A program made the position numbers and the translations under genes. Source: an uncultured Anaerolineales bacterium (GTDB taxonomy: Bacteria; Chloroflexota; Anaerolineae; CG2-30-64-16). From it: DNA of 33,133 bases. Position 1 is the stretch's first letter. Every line of letters starts with the position of its first letter. Below are positions 9,274 to 16,852 of the stretch, in pieces. The DNA lies in assembly GCA_964647225.1 (NCBI GenBank), contig CAZYHE010000002.1:1655-34787 (forward strand). Direction: 5' to 3'. The notes beneath the pieces are model-generated. The model made no database searches. It worked only from the letters and a program-made list of their open reading frames with translations, and was not told where the DNA came from.

Positions 9274-10605
9274 TCACCTAGGCAGCCCATGATCGTCGAG
9301 CAACTCCGGGGGGATCTTGTTGATGCGGATTTCCGAGGTTTTGTTGGCATACACCACATATGACTCCCCCGCGATCTCGTAGAACTGCGGATAGCAGATC
9401 TCGGTATCCCGGAACGGGCCGCCCGGCACACGGTCGTTGTACAGGATCACCTTGGGCGCGGCGAAATAAAGCCCGGCATTCTCCGACACGCCCGGCGCCT
9501 CCCGACCCACCGCCACCCACAGCGGATCGCGCGGATACCAGCCCGAGCCCTGGGGCACGACGTTATGGAACAACAACACGAAGCGGCCATCGGCCGTCTT
9601 GTGGATGGGGCACGGTGCGCAGGGCTGCGACAGTGGCTCACCGCCTGGGCAATAGCGCAGCACCTCCGGCGCGGCCCAGGTCCGGCCGCGATCCGCGCTG
9701 ACGCTGAAATAGGGATGGCCCTGCCGGGTGCGGAAGACACACAGCAGACGTCCGCCCGACAGGCCAACCACGGTCGCTTCCTGGCCGAAGTGCCGCGCGG
9801 TCTCTGGATAGGGCACCCAGAGTCCGGTATCCCCTTCCGGCAAGCAGCGAAAACGCAGGTGGGCAGGATCGGTCTCGGTCAGGAGGTTCTCGCACTCCAC
9901 GAGCCACGCTTCCGTCTCCCAGGCGTTGGGGCTGCCGCCCTGGATCGGCTCGGGCGCGTTGGCGGGCGCGTCCACCGGGCGGAGCCAGCGGCCCTCTGCG
10001 TCCAGACACCAGCCGGGCGGGAACAGCGTAGACCGCCGGATCTTGTTGAAGGTGAAGATCACCTGCCCGGTGGGCAGCAGCCGCGGCTGGCCGAAGATCC
10101 AGAGGTGGATGTCGCCTCCGGGATCGTCCACCGCGGTGCGCGGCACCCGCAGCTGGTAGCGCTCCGACCAGGTGTAGCCGTCGTCATCCGAGTAGCGGAA
10201 GAACAGGTCGCCGGCATCACGCAACGGCACGCCGTGGATGTTGTAGCCGTAAAAGGTGTAGACGCGGCCGGTGTTCGGCACGACGAAGATGCTGATCCAG
10301 GCCGGCACGCAGTAGGCGCCGGCAGCCTCTTCGATCGCGATCTCCCCGCTCCAGGTATGACCCCAGTCGCTGCTGCGCGCGATGACCACCCGCTGATCGC
10401 GCTCCGCTTCGTGCGAGCCTTGTGTCCAGACGCAGAGCCAGGCGCCGGATCGGGTGACCGCCAGTTGGGCCTGGTAGTTGAAAGCATAGCGCCCCAGCCC
10501 CGGCAGCTTGACGATGCCGTATGCATCGGTCACGTTCATGGACTTGGGGTGCAGAACGTCCTTGGGCAACGGCCCGGTGGGCGGGGCATTGAAAACGACT
10601 CCCAT
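9274..10605 (-). CDS. BNR/Asp-box repeat beta-propeller, sialidase-like glycosidase (family unresolved)
   Basis: ORF 9274..10641 trimmed to ATG 10605 (AGGAGG at 10615-10620 on the minus strand). Three Asp-boxes (SxDxGxTW): SSDWGHTWS, SDDDGYTWS, SADRGRTWA. No signal peptide by eye. Confidence 0.7.
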   Translation of the reverse strand: MGVVFNAPPTGPLPKDVLHPKSMNVTDAYGIVKLPGLGRYAFNYQAQLAVTRSGAWLCVWTQGSHEAERDQRVVIARSSDWGHTWSGEIAIEEAAGAYCVPAWISIFVVPNTGRVYTFYGYNIHGVPLRDAGDLFFRYSDDDGYTWSERYQLRVPRTAVDDPGGDIHLWIFGQPRLLPTGQVIFTFNKIRRSTLFPPGWCLDAEGRWLRPVDAPANAPEPIQGGSPNAWETEAWLVECENLLTETDPAHLRFRCLPEGDTGLWVPYPETARHFGQEATVVGLSGGRLLCVFRTRQGHPYFSVSADRGRTWAAPEVLRYCPGGEPLSQPCAPCPIHKTADGRFVLLFHNVVPQGSGWYPRDPLWVAVGREAPGVSENAGLYFAAPKVILYNDRVPGGPFRDTEICYPQFYEIAGESYVVYANKTSEIRINKIPPELLDDHGLPR

Positions 10606-10618
10606 GTGCGACGACCTC

Positions 10619-11818
10619 CTATTCAGAGCTGCGTATTTCATCCACGGCTTCCACCATCGCCGCGAAGTTCTCGGGCGGGATCGGCGGGTTGATCTCGCTG
10701 GACGTGTCTATGAAGATGCCGCCGCGCTGGAGGGCGTCCGGCTCCCGGATGATGCGGTGGACCTCGTGGCGCACCTGTTCGGGCGTGCCGCGCTCCATCA
10801 GATCCACGCCGTCCACCCCGCCGGCCCAGGTGTGCTGAGGCCACGCCCGGCGCAGCGCGACGATGTCCATCCCCAGCGCCGGCTCCAGGCAATAGAAGCC
10901 GTCCACCCCGCAAGCGACCAGGTCGGGGATCACCTGCTGCCAGTTCCCATCGCTGTGGTAAAGCACCTTCAGCCCGTAGTCGTGCCAGGCCGCGGTCAGG
11001 CGGCGCACGTGCGGGAACAGCTCGCGGCGCAGGAATGCCGGGCTGAAGATCGGCCCGCCCTTCGACGCAAAATCCTCCGCGATCAGCACCACGGGCGTGA
11101 GCGCCGGGTCGGCGATGGCGTGCAGCCGGGCAAGCTCGCAGTCGGTGTAAGCGCCGATGTAGCCGGAGATGACTTCCGGCCAGGCGTCATACAGATAGAT
11201 GAAGGTGTCCAGCCCCAGCCGATACCAGCACTCACAGAACCCAGTCTGGATCGAGAAGTCCACGATGACCGTCTCGCCGATCAGCTTCTGCAGGCCGGTC
11301 ATGTAGCGCCGGTAGTTCTCGCGCTCCTGATCGGCGTCGAAGCTCGCCTGTGCCTCGCGCGCAACCGGGACGATGCCCGGCGGGTAGCCGTAGCCGCCGC
11401 GACGGCCCAACCGCCGCATCCGTTCGGTCTTGCGCAACAGGAAGTCACGCGCACCCGCCAGGTCAGCGAACGGCCGGCGGACGATCATCGAGTGCCAGTT
11501 GTCCTGCTGGATCAGGAAGCCGTCGGCGTCCACGATCTGGCGGACGCCCAACGGCGCGACGGGCGGGAAGCAGGCATCCAGCGTCCGGCGGATGGTCGCG
11601 CAGATGTCCGCGTAGCTGTAGTCGAAGTCGCGGATCCTCTTGCCGGTGTAGCGGGCGATGACGCCGGGATTGTAGCTCAACTGCTCGTGGAGCACGGCGC
11701 GATCCACCGGCTGGTTTGCCAGCGTCCGCTCGACGCGCGCGCGTTTCGAGAGGCGATCGGCCGGAAAGAGCTTCTCGAATGACCCGTCCTGAGCGCAGTC
11801 GAAGGAATCACCGCTCAT
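10619..11818 (-). CDS. Uroporphyrinogen decarboxylase (URO-D)/MtaA-like TIM-barrel family protein, function unknown
   Basis: ORF 10619..12049 trimmed to ATG 11818, which overlaps the GH42 stop as ATGA. The C-terminal half GLKVLYHSDGNWQQVIPDLVACGVDGFYCLEP...GTPEQVRHEV resembles URO-D_like proteins. The N-terminal tail carries a family-A repeat copy (SFDCAQDGS). Confidence 0.6.
   Translation of the reverse strand: MSGDSFDCAQDGSFEKLFPADRLSKRARVERTLANQPVDRAVLHEQLSYNPGVIARYTGKRIRDFDYSYADICATIRRTLDACFPPVAPLGVRQIVDADGFLIQQDNWHSMIVRRPFADLAGARDFLLRKTERMRRLGRRGGYGYPPGIVPVAREAQASFDADQERENYRRYMTGLQKLIGETVIVDFSIQTGFCECWYRLGLDTFIYLYDAWPEVISGYIGAYTDCELARLHAIADPALTPVVLIAEDFASKGGPIFSPAFLRRELFPHVRRLTAAWHDYGLKVLYHSDGNWQQVIPDLVACGVDGFYCLEPALGMDIVALRRAWPQHTWAGGVDGVDLMERGTPEQVRHEVHRIIREPDALQRGGIFIDTSSEINPPIPPENFAAMVEAVDEIRSSE
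11786..11805. repeat. Family-A repeat copy (CTGAGC-N-GTCGAAGG unit) inside the URO-D-like gene
   Basis: GTCCTGAGCGCAGTCGAAGG, translated on the minus strand as SFDCAQDG. Confidence 0.7.
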
Positions 11819-14130
11819 CGTTCCACCACCAGCGCGGCCACATCCAGGCTCTTGACCGTGAGCACGACCTGATCCCCACGCCGCTCGAACGGCTCGCCAA
11901 GCAGGCCCCGGACCTCCCGATAGCCCGCCACATCCACCGACTCGCTGATCTTCTCCGGCGTGGGGTTCGTGAAGAGCCAGGCTTCCCGGTCTCCAGCGAT
12001 CCGCTTGCGTAGGAGCAGCCGACCGGTGTGTTCCGGCAGCACACCGCACTCAGCCAGCAGCACCCGCACCGCCGCCCGCGTTTCTGCATCCCGGTACGCC
12101 GTGCCGTTGTGCCCGACGTAGGTGCCCAGGAGCCAGGCCCGGCCCTTGCCCGCCCACCGAACTGTGCCGGCAGTCGTGGACGCCACGACGGCATCGCCAT
12201 GGCGCAGCAGCGGCTCACAGCCGTCCCCTCCGCGCCCTGAGCCTGTCGAAGGGCCTGCGCTCGGCGAAGGATCGAAAGTCTGGAGGTAAACATTCGCCCG
12301 TATCCGGTGTCCGGCCAGCGGCCCCGCGCCCTCCAGCATGATCGCATCCACGTATTCGCCCCAGGTACGCTCCGGCGGCGACCAGCGCGGCAGGCTGCCC
12401 GGCTCGCGCACCATCGTAAAGCTGCGCTGCGTGACCCCGAACAGGTCGGCCAGGGTTGGCGACAACTCGCCCCGGCGGCAGAAGCCGTGCTCGTCAATGC
12501 GGCCCGGCGCGGCCTCGCTAATCAGGTTGCCGCCGGCCTCGACGTAGCGCGCCAACTCACGCGCTACCTCCTCGGACAGGCTCAGTGGGAAGGGCAGGAT
12601 CAATGCCCGGTAGTCGCCGACGTGCGCTTCGTCCAGTTGGGAGGCTTCGACGAAATCAACCGGGATATTCAGCTCCCACAGCAGCCGATACCACCCGCGC
12701 ACGCTGTAGGCCAGGTGCTCGTGGCCCTGCGCCATCAGTTGGGTGAGCTGGTAGTTCCACTCATCAACCAGGATCGCGACCTGCGCCCAGGGCCGCGTGG
12801 GTTGGCCGAACAGGTCGGGATATTGGTTCAGCGCGTTCCCGATCCGAGCGGCCTCCGCATAGCGCGGGGCGCTGTCGCCCGCGCTGTCCAGCAGGCTGAA
12901 GCCGTTCGCCTCGGCCACGTGGATCTCGGCGCGCGTCACCCAGAACGAAAGCGCGGTGATCCCCGCGCCGACCGCGGTCAGCATCCACCGGCGCATGTCG
13001 GCGGGATCGGGCACGCGGCCCTTGTGGAAGCCGGTGCTCACCGGCCCGCCCTGGAATTCGGCCGCCCAGACCGGGTTTCCCCCCTTCGACGTGCCCTTCG
13101 ATAAGCTCAGGGTGCTGCTCAGGGCGGCGCGGCGGTTGCACGAGCGGATATAGTCGAAGCGCAGCGCCACACCGTCGGCCAACTCGGCCAGGAGGCACGC
13201 GTGGCGCGGCAGCGGTTCGCCAGCCGCAGGGCGGCCGTCGTCCCAGGGCTGGAGCGAGTTCCACGCGGGGTAGCACGATGAGCCGAGGAAATCCTGGCAG
13301 CGGGCATAGGTCCAGTCCTGCCCCGCGCCAATGATGGGCGCGCCCTTGTGCGCAAAGACCGGCCGGCCGAGCGGGTCCGCCTCCCGGATGGCTCCGGCGC
13401 GGGCGCGCAGCACATTGGCGATCTGGACGTTGTCCATGAAGTAGTGCCAGTCAATGTTCCCCGGCTGCGGGTAGCGCACCATCGCCAGCCGGTCGGGCGT
13501 CACCGACTCCCAGTCGCCATAGCGGGTGTTCCAGGCCCGGTTCAGCCCCTCCAGGTCGCCGTAGCGCGCCCGCAGCCACGCCCGGAACGCGGCGAGCGTG
13601 TTCGCGCAATAGCAGACGGGCTGGCCGGCGAACCGCTCGGCCCAGTAGCCGATCTCCTGCCAGGTGTTCCAGCAAACGATGTTCTCGAAGCGGCCCAACG
13701 TCCGCACCAGTTCCCGGATGAAGCGCAGTTGGTCCGCCAGCGCGCCCGGATCGTCGAAGCAGGGGCCGGGCTTGCCGTCGGCCGGGAGGGTGGTCTGCGC
13801 CTCGTAGGCGATGGGCAGGCCGTTGCGGCCGACCATCCGGCAGCCGGGATGCTTGCGCCACAGCCAGGGGGGCGCCTGCTCGCACGTCAGCCCCAGGTAG
13901 ATGCCCAGGTCGAGCCGGGCGGCGTGCTCGATGAGTTCCTCATAGCGCGAGAAGTCGTAGCGTCCTTCCACCGGCTCGTCAATGGCCCAGTGCTCCTGGA
14001 GCTTGATCAGGTTGAAGCCGTGGCGCTTGAGGTTTTCCATGTCCCGCTTGAGTTCGGACATGGGCGGCATTGGCTCGCGGCACAGGTGCGAGCCGATGGG
14101 AAAAAGCTCACCGAAACGTTCGACGTTCAT
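11815..14130 (-). CDS. GH42 beta-galactosidase
   Basis: ORF 11815..14175 trimmed to ATG 14130 (ATGA overlap with the upstream stop). Motifs: KRDMENLKRHGFNLIKL, WAIDEPVEGRYDF, CWNTWQEIGYW. A trimerisation-type middle region and a C-terminal domain are present. Carries two family-A repeat copies. Confidence 0.85.
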   Translation of the reverse strand: MNVERFGELFPIGSHLCREPMPPMSELKRDMENLKRHGFNLIKLQEHWAIDEPVEGRYDFSRYEELIEHAARLDLGIYLGLTCEQAPPWLWRKHPGCRMVGRNGLPIAYEAQTTLPADGKPGPCFDDPGALADQLRFIRELVRTLGRFENIVCWNTWQEIGYWAERFAGQPVCYCANTLAAFRAWLRARYGDLEGLNRAWNTRYGDWESVTPDRLAMVRYPQPGNIDWHYFMDNVQIANVLRARAGAIREADPLGRPVFAHKGAPIIGAGQDWTYARCQDFLGSSCYPAWNSLQPWDDGRPAAGEPLPRHACLLAELADGVALRFDYIRSCNRRAALSSTLSLSKGTSKGGNPVWAAEFQGGPVSTGFHKGRVPDPADMRRWMLTAVGAGITALSFWVTRAEIHVAEANGFSLLDSAGDSAPRYAEAARIGNALNQYPDLFGQPTRPWAQVAILVDEWNYQLTQLMAQGHEHLAYSVRGWYRLLWELNIPVDFVEASQLDEAHVGDYRALILPFPLSLSEEVARELARYVEAGGNLISEAAPGRIDEHGFCRRGELSPTLADLFGVTQRSFTMVREPGSLPRWSPPERTWGEYVDAIMLEGAGPLAGHRIRANVYLQTFDPSPSAGPSTGSGRGGDGCEPLLRHGDAVVASTTAGTVRWAGKGRAWLLGTYVGHNGTAYRDAETRAAVRVLLAECGVLPEHTGRLLLRKRIAGDREAWLFTNPTPEKISESVDVAGYREVRGLLGEPFERRGDQVVLTVKSLDVAALVVER
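12234..12270. repeat. Family-A repeat copy plus a degenerate second unit inside GH42
   Basis: GCCCTGAGCCTGTCGAAGGGC followed by CTGCGCTCGGCGAAGG, translated as ...SAGPSTGSGRG. Confidence 0.65.
13082..13125. repeat. Family-A repeat copy in opposite orientation, with both halves duplicated, inside GH42
   Basis: CCCTTCGAC gtg CCCTTCGATAAGCTCAGGG tgctGCTCAGGGC, translated as ALSSTLSLSKGTSKGG just upstream of the AAEFQGG segment. Confidence 0.7.
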
Positions 14131-15362
14131 CGCATCTCCTTCCAGGCCGAGATCATGGCTTCGACGCTCGACCACGGCGTGTCCGGGAAGAGCGCGTCCA
14201 CGGGCGCAAGGATGAAGCCGGCAGGCCCGAGTGTCGTCAGCGCGTGGCGCACCGCCGCCCGGATTTCATCTGCCGATCCGCTCGCCAGCGTGACGCCGCT
14301 GTTGATCCCGCCCGCGAGGGCCATCCGCCCGCCGAGTTTCGCTTTGACCGCGGCAAGATCGGCCTTGTCCTGCACCGGGTCGGCGTAGTAGAGCACGTCC
14401 ACGCCGGCCGCCAGCAGGTGGTCGGCCATCGCCAGGACGCCGGTCGTCATGGTGTACCCGAACCGGGCGCCGGCCTGATGCGCCATCCGCACGAGGCCGG
14501 CCAACGGCGGCAACAGGAAGCGCTCGAAGAGCCGCGGCGACCAGAAGTCGGTTGAGCTGTACCAACCGCGCTGCATGACCACATCCACACCGCCCACATC
14601 GAGCATCAGCTCCGTGCGGCGCCGGTCGAACGCCGAGACGATTCCCATCAGCTCACCGAAGAAGGCAGGCGCTTGTTTCGCGGCCAGCACAGCCGCCTCG
14701 ACCCCCATCAGCCACACGACCAGATCCATGCCGAACGCGCTCCAGCCCGCCACGGGCACCCCCTCGGCGTCGGCGAAGCGGCGCACGGCGGCCATGCGCG
14801 CACGGTAGGCGGACAGTTGCTCGGCAGTCGGGTCGCACAGCAGGTAGCGCAGCTTCGGCAGGTCATCCGGCCCGACCACCGCATGCCGCACCCCGCGCGG
14901 GATGTTGAAGTCCTCGATCAGCGGGACGTGGTCGGGCTGCACCACCCAGCCGGGCGGCGTCTCCTCGGCGGTGCGGCGCACGATGTGGCGCAGCGGGCCG
15001 GCCGGCGTGTCGTATTCCCGACCGAGCAAGGCGTAAGGCTGGCCGGGGGTTGGCGGTTCCTGCCAATCTCGCACGCGGACGTCCGGGTGGACGCTCCACG
15101 GCGGCGAGACCTCGATCACGTCGTCCACGCCCAGTCGGCGCCAGGCGCGCACCCGCTCGAAATCATCTTCGGGCAGGCGCCACGGCTCTGGGAGGGTGTG
15201 GATGTGTTCCAGGCGACCGGTGAACCAATGGGTCACGGCCCGGCCATCGCGCGTCCACGTCAGGTGTGCGGGCGGCGCGAAGCCGAAACACCAGCAGGTG
15301 AGCGGGACGTGGTCGGGCCGCCCGCCGCGGATGGCGGTCAGGAGGCATTCTCGTGAATTCAT
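14127..15362 (-). CDS. URO-D/MtaA-like TIM-barrel family protein, paralogue of 10619..11818, function unknown
   Basis: ORF 14127..15509 trimmed to ATG 15362 (GGAGG about 6 nt upstream). Strings: ECLLTAIRGGRPDHVP; ...GYTMTTGVLAMADHLLAAGVDVLYYADP...GSADEIRAAVRHAL. The layout parallels the other URO-D-like ORF. Confidence 0.55.
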   Translation of the reverse strand: MNSRECLLTAIRGGRPDHVPLTCWCFGFAPPAHLTWTRDGRAVTHWFTGRLEHIHTLPEPWRLPEDDFERVRAWRRLGVDDVIEVSPPWSVHPDVRVRDWQEPPTPGQPYALLGREYDTPAGPLRHIVRRTAEETPPGWVVQPDHVPLIEDFNIPRGVRHAVVGPDDLPKLRYLLCDPTAEQLSAYRARMAAVRRFADAEGVPVAGWSAFGMDLVVWLMGVEAAVLAAKQAPAFFGELMGIVSAFDRRRTELMLDVGGVDVVMQRGWYSSTDFWSPRLFERFLLPPLAGLVRMAHQAGARFGYTMTTGVLAMADHLLAAGVDVLYYADPVQDKADLAAVKAKLGGRMALAGGINSGVTLASGSADEIRAAVRHALTTLGPAGFILAPVDALFPDTPWSSVEAMISAWKEMR

Positions 15363-15429
15363 GGGACCTCCGAATGAATTCGGGGCGAAGGGGCGTTCCG
15401 CCACGAGGTCGGCCTGCGCCGACCGAATT

Positions 15430-15453
15430 GGGCGTCCATGCAGATGGACGCCC
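15430..15453 (-). other. GC-rich stem-loop (10-bp stem, 4-nt loop) in the 140-nt gap after the isomerase gene
   Basis: GGGCGTCCAT gcag ATGGACGCCC. A second hairpin GGTCGG cctgcg CCGACC lies at 15407-15424, and a palindrome CCGAATgaATTCGG at 15370-15383. No U-tract follows, so the function (terminator, processing or stability element) is unresolved. Confidence 0.35.
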
Positions 15454-15502
15454 GGCGCCGCAGCGCCCATCAGATGCGATTTCAATCGCCCAAACCGATG
15501 CA

Positions 15503-16843
15503 TTAACAACCGACCATCCCCGCCAAATCAGCCAGCGGCTGCCGCAGGTCGCCGTATGCCGCCATCCAATGGTGGCCCAACCCCTCGCGGGCGATCCAGC
15601 CGAAGATCGCCCGGTAGTCTTCCCGGAACCGCACGCGCAGCGGATTGCCAGGAAAGACCATCTCGGTGGCGATGGCCTCGCCGTGCAGGGCGGCCATGCG
15701 ATAGCCGTTCAGACCCGGCACGATGTTGAGCAGCGTCACCGGGCCGGGGCGGGCGGGGAAGAGGCAGCACAGGCCGCGATCCATCAAGCGCACCGGCCCC
15801 AATGTGATCTCTGCCGGGTTTGCGGCCAGGGAGAAGCCGCCGGAGCCGCAATGCGAGAAGACGATGGCGTTCTCGGCCGGGATCGGATCCAGGAGGTCGG
15901 TGTTGTGCACCGGCTGGCCGGTCAGCCTTGTCAGCAGCAACATGCCGAGCGCCGCGTTGATGTCCCCTTCGCACGCCACCGGGATCCCCGCCTCCCCCAA
16001 CAGCGACGCGGCCAGGCAGACCTCGCCCATCAGGTGCGGGTAACAGCCGATGGACACCGCCGAAAGGCCCAGTTCCGCGACCGTGGCGCGCAGGGCATGG
16101 GCCACCTGCAGCGACGCGATGCCGGCATCCGCCGTCGCCGTCACCCGGCCGACCTGCCCGCCGAGCGCCTGCCAATCGGACGCCAGCGGGAGCACGTCCA
16201 CCTGCGCGGCCCGCTCCAGGAAGACTTTCGTGTCCAGCCCGACCACGCGCGGCCCGAAGGTGCGTTTGAGCGCCAGCTCGTGGACGGTGGTCTCGGTCAT
16301 CCCCTCGACGCGATGGCCCAGGTGGCCGATGCGCGCCCGCCGGAGTTGGCGCGCCAGGCTCGCCGCGGCGGCGAACTCCCGCGCCCGCCGCAACCCGGTC
16401 GCTGAGCCTGTCGAAGCGTCAACCAGCCCTTCGACAAGCTCAGGGCGCGGTTCATCGAACAGGAAAACGTAGGGCCGGCCAAGCTGCTTGAGCATGAAAC
16501 ACAACTGCTGCATCCCGCACAGCGCGCCGGTCTCCATGCCGGGACGCGCCCAGGCGACGACTGGGACGGGGCACTCTTCCAGCAGATCGAGCACCAGGTA
16601 ATCCTCGAACCAGGACGCGGCGATGGCGATCACGGCGTCAACGCGCTGGTCGTAGAACGCGCGGCCCGCGGCCACGGCCGCGTCCGGGGTGGTCACAACC
16701 ATGCAGCCGGCGATCTCGATCGGCGGCGAGCCTGGGGCGCGGAACGCCACTTCCAGGCGCGCCAGCAGCGCCGGCGCGTCCCCCGCGCCCACTTCCAGCG
16801 GGCTGGCAACGGCGATCAGGCCGAGACGGATGGGTTGGGACAT
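15503..16843 (-). CDS. L-fucose/L-arabinose isomerase-like sugar isomerase family protein
   Basis: ATG 16843 with AGGAG 6 nt upstream. Motifs: SIGCYPHLMG, PVACEGDINAALGMLLL, FSHCGSGG and a C-terminal domain typical of FucI/AraA-like isomerases. Contains a complete hairpin copy of the family-A repeat. Confidence 0.65.
   Translation of the reverse strand: MSQPIRLGLIAVASPLEVGAGDAPALLARLEVAFRAPGSPPIEIAGCMVVTTPDAAVAAGRAFYDQRVDAVIAIAASWFEDYLVLDLLEECPVPVVAWARPGMETGALCGMQQLCFMLKQLGRPYVFLFDEPRPELVEGLVDASTGSATGLRRAREFAAAASLARQLRRARIGHLGHRVEGMTETTVHELALKRTFGPRVVGLDTKVFLERAAQVDVLPLASDWQALGGQVGRVTATADAGIASLQVAHALRATVAELGLSAVSIGCYPHLMGEVCLAASLLGEAGIPVACEGDINAALGMLLLTRLTGQPVHNTDLLDPIPAENAIVFSHCGSGGFSLAANPAEITLGPVRLMDRGLCCLFPARPGPVTLLNIVPGLNGYRMAALHGEAIATEMVFPGNPLRVRFREDYRAIFGWIAREGLGHHWMAAYGDLRQPLADLAGMVGC
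16401..16446. repeat. Complete family-A element (both orientations, hairpin-forming) inside the isomerase gene
   Basis: GCTGAGCCTGTCGAAGcg tcaaccag cCCTTCGACAAGCTCAGGGC. The arms are complementary with one mismatch. Translated as PELVEGLVDASTGSA. Confidence 0.75.
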
Positions 16844-16852
16844 GAGCGGCTC

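Noticed and set aside
12571-12595. Possible degenerate family-A copy (TCGGACAGGCTCAGTGGGAAGGGC, encoding PLSLSE) in GH42.
   Set aside because: The match to the unit is only partial, and the encoded segment could be native GH42 sequence. It cannot be distinguished without ortholog alignment.
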